In this document: positions 1 through 12,840 of the stretch, in pieces
How positions within the stretch are numbered: the first letter of the stretch is position 1
Layout of the letters: each line of letters starts with the position of its first letter
Source: Octopus sinensis
Lineage: Eukaryota
Length of the DNA stretch: 64,000 nt
Reading direction: 5' to 3'
NCBI RefSeq assembly: GCF_006345805.1
Contig: NC_043009.1
Span: forward strand, 70,742,001-70,806,000
Position numbers and translations under genes: made by a program
Notes under the pieces: generated by a model
Told to the model about the DNA's origin: nothing
What the model saw: the letters and a program-made list of their open reading frames with translations, nothing else
Databases searched by the model: none

Positions 1-265
1 TGTATATATATGTATATATATATATGTATATATATGTATATATATATACATATGTATATATATATACATATATAGATTGAATTAATATATATGTTCCATT
101 CTAGCAAAAACTGTCTGATGAACGGCAACGAGAAACTCAGAGTAACAGATTTTGTTGAATTTTCTGCTGCTTAAAATAAAGTATATACATATATATACAT
201 ATGTATGTATGTATACATACATACGTACATACATACATACATACATACATACATACATACATACA
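1..265. repeat. (TA)n/(TACA)n compound microsatellite
   Basis: Directly visible tatata and tacatacataca runs. Confidence 0.95.
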
Positions 266-329
266 GAATACTGATTCTGCAGTAGATTTAGGAATTCATT
301 ATTTCATTCATATTTGTTTTCAAGAAATA

Positions 330-1244
330 TTGATTTCTACTTGGTAATGCACCTACTATGATAGGAATTGTTTCTGTTTTCAGATTCCACATTCTAGTTA
401 CCTCTATTCCCAGGTCTTTGTATTTTGAGAGTTTCTCCATTTCTTTTAGAGACACGTTGTCATCTGCCGGTATTGATACATCAATTAGAAAGCATTTTTT
501 TTCTTTCATGATCTCTGACAACTATATCTGGTCTGTTGGCCTTAATTTCTCTAACTGTGTGTATTGGCATATCCCATAGTATGGTTGCTTTCTCATTTTC
601 TGTAAGCTTTTCTGGTATGTGCCTATACCATTTTTTTCTGTTGTTATTCCATAATGTTGGCATAGCTTCCAGTGTATGTATGTCCCAACTCTGTCGTGTC
701 TGTGAATATATTCCTTCTAAGCCAGGACTGGGCAGCCAGAGATAATATGATTTATTGTTTCTTGTCCATCTCCACATATTCTGCAGTTACTTGTAATATT
801 TCTTTTCATTACATGTTTTTGGTAATTTCTGGTGGGGAGGCTCTGGTCTTGTGCTGCAATTAAAAATCCCTCCGTCTCTGCTTTGAGTCCTGAGCTTCTC
901 AACCATTGCTGGGATTTTTCTTTGTCGATATCTTTTGCATTTAGTTTAGTCCAGTATTTACCATGAAGGGGCTTTTCTTGCCATCGTTTTATCTTGGTCC
1001 GTTACTGTTCTAGTTTTCGTTTGGATTTCATTTGTTTTATAGCTTTGTCGTGTTTTCTTCTCCTTCTTCTTCTTCTTCTTCTTCTTCTTCTTCTTCTTCT
1101 TCTTCTTCTCTTCTTCTTCTTCTTCTTCTTCTTCTTCTTCTTCTTCTTCTTCTTCTTCTTCTTCTTCTTCTTCTTCTTCTTCTTCTTCTTCTTCATATTT
1201 GTTAGGTGGTATGATTTCTTGTTTGTATTTGTCAGGTTTGTATT
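330..1244 (-). mobile_element. Decayed R4/Dong-like non-LTR retrotransposon, C-terminal region (CCHC knuckle + restriction-like endonuclease)
   Basis: Minus-strand frames read WQEKPLHGKY, SSGLKAETEGFLIAAQDQSL, CRICGDGQETINHIISGC, ANRPDIVV, CFLIDVSIP..KEMEKLSKYKDL; these are typical RLE-clade LINE motifs. Frameshifted. Confidence 0.9.
1063..1195. repeat. (TTC)n / (GAA)n microsatellite inside the LINE relic
   Basis: About 44 TTC units, with LINE-like sequence on both sides. Confidence 0.95.
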
Positions 1245-1520
1245 ATTATTATTATTACTCTATGTTTGACTTTTGCTTTATATTTGTACAAGTTGGCTCC
1301 AAGTTTCACTCAGAGACCTCAAGAAACAACAGGCTGGAAGTTCGTGTTGTTGTTATGCCTAGCGTGCCATATATTTGGTTTTGTATTTAGTGTTGTACTA
1401 GTGAATGTCTAAAAAAAAAGAAAATTATGTTTGTTTTAAAACATTACATAGAAAGTATTTTGCGTAGGATATTAGCAGTTCCCATGAGCACTATCTTTTG
1501 AATTGAGCAGTTCCCATGAA
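1245..1520 (-). mobile_element. 5'-truncated R4/Dong-like LINE 3' end (ORF terminus, 3' UTR, (TAA)n tail)
   Basis: Minus strand encodes IQKIVLMGTANILRKILSM*, then a UTR with tcttgaggtctctgagtgaaacttgg ending in taataataa; the same UTR recurs at 54580-54668. Confidence 0.8.
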
Positions 1521-1579
1521 CACTTATCATTATTATTATTATTATTATTATATTATTATTATTATTATTATTCATATAC

Positions 1580-1938
1580 ACTCAACAAATTAGACTGTTG
1601 GAAAAGAAAAGAATCCTAACATCAGGCTACAACAAATTGCCTTAGATGGCAAGAACCCTCCTAAGTATCTTGGTTGTCCCTAATAACACTGTTTTTGCAG
1701 CTCTACTAAACTGGGTTTTATGCCTATTTTTCTTTATCTATCTGTTCAGATCTCTAGGGATAGTCCTCAATGCCCCTATAACTACTGGGATACATTTTAT
1801 CCGCACTCTCCATATCTCCATAGTCTCTGTAATTCAATGGCCAGGTCCTGGTACTTTGCTATATTTCTATACTTCTCATTAATTTTTCCTCATTTGGGAC
1901 TGTAAAGTCAATTATCTGGCACTTTCTATCCTCTTTAT

Positions 1939-1940
<2 letters not shown>
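1580..1940 (-). mobile_element. R4/Dong-like LINE 3' fragment (RLE endonuclease end), different subfamily
   Basis: Minus strand: DKEDRKCQIIDFTVPN, KYQDLAIELQRLW, IPVVIGAL, KTVLLGTTKILRRVLAI* with frameshifts. Confidence 0.8.
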
Positions 1941-1971
<31 letters not shown>

Positions 1972-4222
1972 GTGGCCAGTCACGCAGACGGCGCAATACG
2001 TCGTCATAATGGGGGGACAGTTCAGATGGTAAGTCAGAGATCATTGTCAAATAATTTTCGGTTCCCGTTTTGATCATTCCAAATGCTTCTACAATTCCTG
2101 GTATTGCAACCGTCTTGAGATGTCAAAGATTTCGATTAGCAAATCTTTATATTTTCTCAACTTATCAAATTCTTTCGCCGACATATTATGGTACCAAGGT
2201 ATGCTCATGTCAATCAATAAACGGTCTTTATTGTTTTTCTTTTTCACAACAATATCTGGTTTATTTGCTTTGATAGTCCGGTCAGTACTTTTTGGAAAGT
2301 ACCAAAGAATCGTTACATTTTCTCCTTCAGTTACAGCCTCGGCGTGGTGCTTGTACCATTTGTCAGCAGTTTTGATTTTATAATGGCGACAAATTATCCA
2401 GTGTATTGGATAATGTATTAATATTGACCAACTCCGCCATGTCTAGATTTGAACTCTACATGTGCTAAAACATTGCACCCAGAGATTAGGTGATCCACTG
2501 TTTCAATTCTATCGTTGCAGTATACAAACTTTGGGTCTAAACCATTCTTCATTACATTGGCTTGATAGTTCCGGGTCAAAATACTCTGATCTTGAGCAGC
2601 CAAGATAATGCCTTCACTGGCCACTGATGGGTGTGCTTCTAGTCTACAACAGCTTGTTTGCTACAGGCCACATATATGCCATGCAGAGAATTTTGCTTTG
2701 CTATTGATTTCACCTTCTTTGCAACTACATTTGCCGCACTTCCATCATGCTGTTCTACCTGAGTATTTTGCATAAACTTAATTGAAAACTTTTTGTTCTC
2801 CTTCGTAACAAAATGTGGCTTTTTACGTCTCACGTGGTTTTCAACGAGTTTTGTCATCCAGTTCGGTTGTGGTAGTTTTGTGATAAATTTCAAATTGCAT
2901 CAGGCCTCGACTCAATCTTATGAGTTCTGGGTAGATAAAGACGATCTACATCTGCCTTTGGGAGGTACATCTTATTGCAAGTCAGCAGCTTATGGATTTT
3001 CCTCTCAATCTTCCTTATTTCGCTCATAGTCCAGTTCAACACATTGAAACTGTAAATAACAACCGGAACTACTAAGGAATTTATGGCTAACACCCTGTTA
3101 CGCTCACTTAACTCGGATTTTATGACTGCTCGAACTCTCCTGTAACTTTCCTTCCTCATCATCTCTTTCCTACTTACATGCTGAATTTGCCAGAGCCCTC
3201 ATTTATTCCGAGGTATTTTAAAGTTTGTCCCTGCTCGAGATCTTGTATGACTGCGTCAACATCCAGCAGCGCTGGATGCGAGGTCTTTAATTTGCCTTTC
3301 TGGAAAGTGGCCTTGGCACATATCAAGACTAAATTCCATGCCAATGTCATCACTGAATGCTTTCGCAGTACGTGGTAGTCCGTCAAAATCATTATCGTCT
3401 TAGCCATAGAGTTTCAATTCATCCATATAAAATATGTCTTATTTTCCTGTCGCCAATTTTATACCCGTACCCTGTTAAGTTTACTGTAAGGGTTATTAGG
3501 GCTATGCAAAAAATTAAAGATGAAAGTGAGTCATCTTGGAAAATGCCGCAGTTGATATTAATATTTTTTGCGGTCAGTATTCCATTAGAGTGGTATAATT
3601 GGAGATTAGTATTCCATTAGAGTGGTATAATTGGAGATTCGTATTCCACACTGACATGTTGTGCTTCAAGAAGTTTGAAATCACAATTTTGAAGATATCC
3701 AGCGATTTCAAGATCCATGAATGCGCTATGCTATCGAAGGCCTTTTTTTATAAATCAATCCATGCAGAACTGAGATTTCTGCCTTTGTTATGACAGTTAT
3801 CAAGGATCATGTGATTGATTAAAAGTCGGTACCTTTTTTGTTCAGTGAAGAAAATATCGTTCTGTGCCATAGATTTGTATGTTTTCTCCACGAGGATGGA
3901 CGTTAAAAGTTGATGTGTGGTAGATAGACATGTTATGGGCCGATAGTTTTTGGGAAATTTGATTTCATTATTCTTCGGGAGTAGGTAAGTAATACCTCAT
4001 GCTAACTAATCAGGTGTTTTCGTAGGATCTCTCATAATTTTATTGAATAACTGGACGAACTTTGGCACCCTATCATTACCAGAAAATTTCCACTTATGAG
4101 CATTCGTGAGCGTCATCCTTAAGGATGCCATATGTTTTCTCCACGAGGATGTTTTGGTAAGTTCTGGTAGGATTCTTCTAAGTCTTTTCAACACTACAGA
4201 TATTTTTCCAACTGTTTTCAAC
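1972..4222 (-). mobile_element. Decayed R4/Dong-like LINE, RT through RLE (about 2.2 kb)
   Basis: Fragments: GIFQDDSLSSLIFCIAL and ILYGxLKL (RT), KYLGINEG, AINSLVVPVVIYSFNVLNW, ADVDRLYLPR, EGIILAAQDQS, ETVDHLISGC, ANKPDIVV, LIDMSIP; many stops and frameshifts. Confidence 0.9.
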
Positions 4223-4243
4223 TAATTATTATTATTATCATCA

Positions 4244-4285
<42 letters not shown>

Positions 4286-4307
4286 TATTATTATTATTAT
4301 CATTATT

Positions 4308-4348
<41 letters not shown>

Positions 4349-4527
4349 CATTATTATTATCATTATCATTATTATTTTATTATATTATTATTATTATCAT
4401 TATCATATTATTATTATTATTATTATTATATTATTATATTATTATTATTATCATTATCATTATTATATTATTATTATTATTATTATTATTATCATTATTA
4501 TTATCATTATTATTATTATTATTATTA

Positions 4528-4558
<31 letters not shown>

Positions 4559-4626
4559 CATTATTATTATCATTATCATTATTATTATTATATTATTATT
4601 ATATTATTATTATTATTATCATTATT

Positions 4627-4682
<56 letters not shown>

Positions 4683-4732
4683 CATTATTATATCATTATC
4701 ATTATTATTATTATTATTATATTATCATTATT

Positions 4733-4765
<33 letters not shown>

Positions 4766-4772
4766 CATTATT

Positions 4773-4822
<50 letters not shown>

Positions 4823-4847
4823 CATATTATTATATATTATTATTATT

Positions 4848-4903
<56 letters not shown>

Positions 4904-5014
4904 CATTATTATTATCATTATTATTATTATATTATTATTATTATTATTATTATTATTATCATTATATATCATTATTATTATTATTATCATTATTATTATC
5001 ATTATTATTATATT

Positions 5015-5046
<32 letters not shown>

Positions 5047-5048
5047 CA

Positions 5049-5106
<58 letters not shown>

Positions 5107-5229
5107 CATTATTATTATCATTATTATATTATTATCATTATTATATCATTATTATTATATTATTATATTATCATTATTATTATCATTATCATATTATTAT
5201 TATTATTATATTATTATTATTTATTATCA

Positions 5230-5264
<35 letters not shown>

Positions 5265-5280
5265 TATTATTATCATTATT

Positions 5281-5313
<33 letters not shown>

Positions 5314-5329
5314 TTATTATTATTATTAA
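4223..5329. repeat. About 1.1 kb imperfect (ATT)n/(ATC)n microsatellite
   Basis: Continuous attattatt with interspersed atc units. Confidence 0.97.
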
Positions 5330-5867
5330 GTGAGAGAGGAACGCATGCCATCAATGTGACACTGGGGTAACATATTCGAAGCCTAATCTACGTATCATGA
5401 CTACCCCGTCTGATAAGGGGACACCAGGCAGATGCATCACAACCATTTGTGCGCGAGATGGAGATCTCATATCAAGATAAACAGCACATGGCCTTGTAGG
5501 TGGGGCCCAGTTAGAATTTTCTTCAGGTTGGTAGCCCATGCTGCTCAAAATTCACCTGAATAAGTTTTGTTTAAGGATGTTGAACAAAACACCAAAGGTG
5601 AATTATCCAAACACCGAAGGATTCCTCTCAACACACAGCTATGATGCTCCTCACTACTTCTGGTCGTGATCAGAGATACACATATCGTCAGCCACTAAGG
5701 GACATATTCAACTGTTTAAAGTTAAGCATCTGAGGAGCAAATCTTTGGTGTGGAGCAGAATATTTGCTGTTGTCCATCTTTTATACCAAGGCAAAACACT
5801 GTACATGATCAAACTTCCAATCAGTTAAGATCAGAAGCCATCAGAGCCACTGCTTGGTACTGCATCA
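5330..5867 (-). mobile_element. About 540 bp interspersed repeat with (TAA)n tail, copy 1 (probable LINE 3' UTR-derived retroposon)
   Basis: Colinear with 6160-6720 over its whole length; ends in a (TAA)n tract on the minus strand; no ORF. Confidence 0.7.
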
Positions 5868-5885
5868 TCATCATCATCATGATTA

Positions 5886-6090
5886 TTTTTTTATACTCTA
5901 TACACAAGGTCCGATATTTTGGGGAAGTGGTCAATCGATTAGATCGACCCCAGTACGCAACTGGTACTTAATTTATCGACCTCGAAAGAATAAAAGGCAA
6001 AGTGGATCTCGGCGAAATTTGACCTCAGAAAGTAAAGACAGACAAAATACGGCAAATCATTTCGCTAACTTTTCTGCCAGCTCGCCGCCT
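5886..6090 (-). mobile_element. tRNA-derived SINE, family A
   Basis: Minus-strand head aggcggcgagctggcagaa (A-box like), degenerate B-box gaggtcaaatttc, and core ctttgccttttattctttcgaggtcgataaattaagtaccag shared with 37181-37411. Confidence 0.85.
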
Positions 6091-6105
6091 TATTTATTAT
6101 TATTA

Positions 6106-6159
<54 letters not shown>

Positions 6160-6720
6160 GTGAGAGAGCAGTGCATGCCATCAAAGTGACACTGGGGTAA
6201 AATATACGAAGCCCAGTATACCTATCATGACTACCTGTCTGATAAGGGTACACTAGGCTATTTCATCACAACCATATGTGCGCGAGATGGTGATCTCATA
6301 TCAAGATAAACAGCACATGACCTTGCAGGTGGGGCCAAGTTAGAATTTTCTTCTGGTCGAGTAACCTCATCTTGCTCAAAAGGTCCCTGAATAAAGGTTA
6401 TTTAAGGATGTTGAACGAAACACCCATGTTTCCAGAGGTGAGTTATTCAAACCCCCAAAGAATCCCTCTCAACACATGTTTATGATGCTCCCCCACCACT
6501 TCTGCTCGTGATCAGAGATGCACATATCGTCAGCCACTAAGGGACATGCTCAACTGGTTATGGTCAAACAACTGACAAGCAAATCTGTGGTATTGAGCAG
6601 AATATTTGCTGTAGCCCATCTTTTATGCCAAGACAAAACAATATACATGATAACACTTCCAATCAGTTAAGATCAGAAGCTATGAAAGCCACTGCCTGGT
6701 ACTGCATCAAGGCATTTATA
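6160..6720 (-). mobile_element. About 550 bp interspersed repeat with (TAA)n tail, copy 2
   Basis: Diverged homologue of 5330-5867 with the same 3' end (ctctctcac + taa repeats). Confidence 0.7.
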
Positions 6721-7007
6721 GTTATTATTATTATTATTATTATTATTGTTATTGTTATTATTATTATTATTATGTTGCTCAATGTGATAATTCTGTGAGA
6801 CTTTGGCAGAACGAATGATTTTAGCTGATATTTCTAGTACATCAAGTGACCATGTTAAGACATGTTGTTTGCCCACATAAAATATCGGTCAACAAAACTA
6901 TTCGGTTGACAAACTCTGTATCGCATGGGAGAAATTTTTTTCGTCTGTTTCAAATCACCGTATTCAATGCTTTTCATCCTTCTTGGTTCGTCTCTCTGTC
7001 CCCACCT

Positions 7008-7071
<64 letters not shown>

Positions 7072-8482
7072 TTCGGGCTACACTGCTATATCCCCACCCT
7101 CCAAACTATGGTGAAAGTTTCTGCTACGGAATACCGCTTGTTATCGTCCATGACATATGACATGGACGAATTGATATAATTAGTGATGTCGCTTTAGTCA
7201 ACCAAGGTCACTGAACAAACGCTTTGGCCATGTGTCTATGTCACAAATGAATTATTTGATAATATGAAGTCTACATATCCAGTTTTTGCAGCACATATTT
7301 AGTTTCACTCTTAAATTGATAATCCCGAAGTTTTATTAATTAGGACACAGTATTTCGTTTTGCAACCGTTGTATACTACTAATTATTTAATTATTTACAA
7401 GATAATATTGTGTTAGCAGTGCGATATTCTCCTTTATTTATATCGATTTCTATCGAATTCAGAGTCAATACTGAGAGTTACGAGTTTTCATATACGAATA
7501 CGTCTAACTTTCGCTGCTGGCTCTCAATTCTAAAGAAAATCCGGAGATAAACTCGAAATCCTGACGTTATATCTTCCATATATTTTGTCAAGTTAGAAGA
7601 ATACAACCATACAGCTGATCAGTGTGAAACGTTAATTGATTTTTTCCTCTCGAGGGAAATGCAAATGACAATATCACTTTCCAATTGCAAAGGCAGAACA
7701 ATGCGGATATTTGAGTCAATTAAACCAGTAGGCAAAATAAAAAGTCAATAAATTTATCCATTTTAATTAAATGACACTAAGTGTTTCCCATAATGCAACA
7801 GCCATTTAATCGAGATAAATTATGTGCCTCCTATGCGTTTGTCAATGGAATGATCAGGGTAATTAAACTGGATTAACACCGGCAGGTTATCAAAACTGTA
7901 CTCAGCACTGCAAGGAGATTTCCCGCCAAGAAAGCATCTCCAAGGCTGTCCGATCTCATACAAATAGCTGTCAAATTCTCACATCATTTTACTACCATGT
8001 AAATAAATGAGAGCCTCGTTATATAACACTTCATTATCCATGTAAAAAAAAAAAAGATGGAGTGTTTCCGGTGGAATTTCTTGTATTTTAAGTGTTAACA
8101 AGATTGGTATAGGATAATCTGCTGTTTCGGGAAAAGAATCTTCTTCAGAGAAAAAGAATTCATTTTCCCAGGCAAAATTAAAAAAAAAGCTATATTGATC
8201 TCAATATTCTTTGAGTCGATACAATGATTTCGTTTACGACATTGTTTGATGTGTTAGCGGCATCTTTGTGCCGCAGCTGAGGGTTCAAACTTGTCGCTCT
8301 GAGTGCTTCACTATCTCTTTCTGTTAATTACTTTGTAAAAGTTTTTTTTTTGCTCTTGTATTATAAACTCATAACACACGAAGTGTGATTTAGCAGTCAC
8401 GAGTTCAAGAAGAAACGTTGCAATTCATGTTGATATTGTCACCTCCATGTGTTCGTGAAGGTGACAATATGTATGGTACTTA

Positions 8483-9760
8483 CGAGGGGCGTTCAATAAG
8501 TAATGCCCCTGACCCACTTCCCATAGCAGTAGAGCAACGAAACTTGGTACATGTATTAGTCTTTTTCAGCATAGGAACAACCCAGAGTTACGCATTTCTC
8601 CTATCGTTTGATACAGCTCTGGAGACGTTTTCATAGAAGACCCCAGCTTGGTCCTCCAACCACGACGTGACTTCAGAAATCAAGGCTGCATCATCTGGGA
8701 AACGTTTTCCTTTCAAAAAAAACTTCATGGCTGAGAAGAGGTGAAAATCAGAGGGTGCAAGGTCAGGAGAGTAGGGGGATGGGGGAAGTGTTCATAGCCG
8801 CACGCCTGTGCTTCTGATCTGGCGACACGCAAGTTGTGGACCGGAGCGTTGTCCTGCAGGAGGAGGATGCCTTGGGTGATCTTGCCCCGCCTCTTGGTTT
8901 TGATAGCTTCTCTTAATTTCCTCAAAAGTGAAGCATGATAGGCTCCTGTAATTGTGGTACCTTTTGCCAGGAAATCTGTCATCACTATTCCGTCCTGGTC
9001 CCAGAAGACTGTGAGCATGACCTTGCCAGCGGAGGGCTGCACCCTTGCCTTCTTTGGAGGAGGTGAGTCATGGTGCTTCCACTGCATTGACTGGGCTTTG
9101 GTCTCTGGATCATGGTGAAGGACCCAGGTCTCATCCTGTGTAATCAGTGTTTTGAAAAATTTTGACTCATCTTCTTGGCACATCCCTAAATTCATCCTCG
9201 AGCACTCGACGCGTTCTTGCTTCAGGAAAAGTGTGAACAACCTGGGAATCCCTCTGGCAGACACCTTTTGCATATGCAAATGGTCATGAATGATAGTTTC
9301 CACAGACCCGGTACTAATCTTGACCTCATGGGCTATTTGGCGAATAGTTATGCGTCGATCTTCTAAAATGGCAGCCTCAACTTGACGGACAGATGCCTCA
9401 TCAATGGCAGAAGGGGTGCGACCAGATCTGGGAGCCGTTTCCACAGAGTTCCGACCATGTTTGAATTCACGATGCCAGCGTTTTACAAGGTCATATGATG
9501 GGGCATCATCACCATAAGTTATTTTCATTTCATCAAAAGTCTCCTGTGGTGTGCGTCATTTCAAATACAAAACCCGGATCACTTCTCGACACTCAACAGG
9601 CTCCATTTCCCAATTGACTCATTTCAAACACATGTAAATCAGAAACCGCTATTAGTTCGGAGCTGTAATTTGCCACTTAAACTATAGAGATATAAATAAT
9701 TACACATGCAAAATCTCAGCTAGATCAATCAAAGGCAGGTGGGTCAGAGGCATTACTTAT
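8483..9760 (-). mobile_element. Mariner (DD34D-type) transposon with pseudogenised transposase
   Basis: TA + TIR cgaggggcgttcaataagtaatgcccctgacccac at 8481-8517, partial inverted copy at 9739-9760. Transposase MEPVECREVIR (start 9606, early stop), TQDETW, KVMLTVFWD, LLQDNAPVH, with a frameshift at the YSPDLAP motif. Confidence 0.92.
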
Positions 9761-10209
9761 GTGGTTGGAGGACCACATTACTTATGTGGTTGGATGACCA
9801 ATTACTAATTCATTTTCGGCATATTTCACGCCACCATAAACAGTCGATTTCTCTCATCTTGCTTCCTCTCAGTTTCTACGGAAATAAATAATTTTAATGC
9901 AACCATTTTCTAAAAATTCCTATTATTCTTTTGACAATTTCTTGTGATCTGCAAATGTAGTTTTTCTTTAACTTTTTTTGATTTTCTTTCTACTGTGCAT
10001 CGTTGTTAGAATTCTTTGCTTTGTTCCTGTTAATAAAGCTTTACAATTATTAGACTATTCTGATTGTTAAGTTTGATAAATATGAGTTTGCTCTTGGATT
10101 TTTACTTCGTTTCATTTCTGTTTCCATTTAGAAGTTTATCGAGATTTTTGTTTCATTCACTATATGCCTCTGTGTGTGTGCGTGTGTGTAGTATACATGT
10201 TTTTATGAA

Positions 10210-10257
<48 letters not shown>

Positions 10258-10510
10258 TATTGTTTCGTAATATAAATTCTAGTATTTTAAATGCAATTAC
10301 GTTTAGAAATACATTCGAGCACGTGCTTTACCTCTATGCAAACATATCCACAGGCTTGCATACATGTGTATGTGTGTATTTATGTATATTCGCCAGTGTA
10401 TTCTTATATGAATGTGTGCGTTTGCTTAATTTCTCATATTCTATATAATCAAATACTCACTAATTCACAGATTCGTCTGTTTTTCACTTGTCACATTTAG
10501 ACATGTCTTG

Positions 10511-10548
<38 letters not shown>

Positions 10549-11231
10549 TGCATATTTAATACAAACAGGAAAGATAGAATTTAATACGTAACGGTAAGTG
10601 CTAATACTATTTATATATATATCCTAGAAGCTATAGATGTGTCTCGTCAAACAAATATTTCGTGTCAAAGTACTTATCAACCTTTCCATGTGTGCTTTTG
10701 AATGCAACTCTAGGTCCTTAGCCATAAATCAAATAATTAATATGATTGTGTGTATATATATCTATAAATGTGCTTCCATGTGTGTGTGGACGTATGCGCA
10801 TTTGTAGATAATGATGTGTACACACACATACACACATACACACACATATATATATACTATGTGTGGGTGAGAGAGAGAGAGAGATAGAGAGAGAGGACGA
10901 GAAAGCATTTACATATGACATTGTCTAATAGCTTCATAAGAAAAATATAAATAATTTCCAAATGTTTTGTAATTTTCTCTCCAGCTAAGATTATATCCGT
11001 TCTCCTTGCGATAATGACATTATTGTGTAATATTAGTCATTTGGTCGGGTAGAAAAAAAAAACCTATCTCTTTGTATGCTCCACTTGTTAACTTACAGAC
11101 ATAATTTCAACGTTTTGCCTTCTTTGCTTGTTAATCAGATACGCCGGCCATCTCGTCTTCACCAATATTCAAATTATACATCGTCCTCATTCATCTAATT
11201 CTGATTATCTATCATCCTCATCTATCTCCAA

Positions 11232-11269
<38 letters not shown>

Positions 11270-12542
11270 ACATCGTCATCGTCTATAAATCCTAATTATT
11301 ATTCATGTAGACGAATAGGGGAAGCTTTAAGTACTTTAATTAATTGTTAATTATTTATCTAGTCTGCGATATCTCAGTCAAAACTACTTGTAATATACTG
11401 CGTTTAATTCAAAATGTATTTTATTATCCAATCTACGATGCTCTTCTTTATACAATTTTCAGCCGAGGCTGCCCTGACTCTATTTATAATTCGTTGACCG
11501 ATTTTTTTTTATTTTTTATTTTCTTTTTATTTATTTATTTTTTTGAATAGCCTTAGTCACCAGATTTAGTGTGTGAGTCCCATACAAGCGACCGGGTTGA
11601 CTACCATGCTAAGCGATTCGTTTTCTTACGAGGTTTGTACTGCTTTCAGGCGGCCCACATCAAGTTGGGAGCAAGTGACTAGCTTGGAGAGAAATATTTA
11701 GGTAGGGATTTGACAAACTTGAATAGCAATGGCACGGGCGCACGCGCACTTAGTCATATAATTGTCTCAGGCAAAGTGACAGCCCACGTAAGACAAAAAT
11801 AAGAACAAGAACATTCGCTCGGACCAACAAATGCGCACAAAAATAATAGACAGCATTCCCAAACGATGCATAAGCATATATGAGGAAACATACACAAATA
11901 AACATATACTCATACATACACACACTCTCTCTCTCACTCTGTCTCTCTCTCTTTCACACACACACACACGCGCGCACATAAATGTGACACACCCAAACTA
12001 CTCATGCTCACATATATATATATATGCACACGCCTACAATTATGACACGCGTCATTCACAAACTACGTATACACGTACATATGCACACAACACACGCACA
12101 CACACAACACATACATGCGCACACAGTCGCACACCAAAGAAACATACACAAACACGGGTGTACATAGGAGAAGGAAGACATTTTGCCGTTGGTTTGCTCG
12201 ATTGGAAGTGATCTGGGAGTAAAAACATGAAATAAAACGCACACACACACACACACAAATACACACACACGATACATGCACGCACACATACACACATGTA
12301 TGTATATAAGATATATAGGACGCAAAGACACGTCTGAACACAACCGCATCACATGGATCCAATGGCATTTGTTGGTGAAGAAAAGTTGGTCATTAATTGT
12401 TTATATTTTGCTCTACACTGACACATCCATACAAACTGTTTCCGCTTTTCTTCACACTTCCTCTGCCTCTCAGTCGTTCACACGCACTTACACACAGACA
12501 TGTAAATATATATGTGCGTGTGAGTGTATGTATGTGTGTGTG

Positions 12543-12578
<36 letters not shown>

Positions 12579-12793
12579 TTACTCTTTTACTCTTTTACTT
12601 GTTTCAGTCATTTGCCTGCGGCCATGCTGGAGCATCGCCTTTTAATCAAGCAACTTGACCCCGGGACTTATTCTTTGTACGCCCAGTACTTATTCTATCG
12701 GTCTCTTTTGCCGAACCACTAAGTGACGGGAACGTCAACACACCAGCATCGGTTGTCAAGCAATGCTAGGGGGACAAACGCAGACACACAAAC

Positions 12794-12840
<47 letters not shown>

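Noticed and set aside
4688-5002. Poly-Ile/Asn ORF and similar YIYI, CVCV, SIYL, THTH ORFs across the window
   Set aside because: Translations of microsatellites, not genes.
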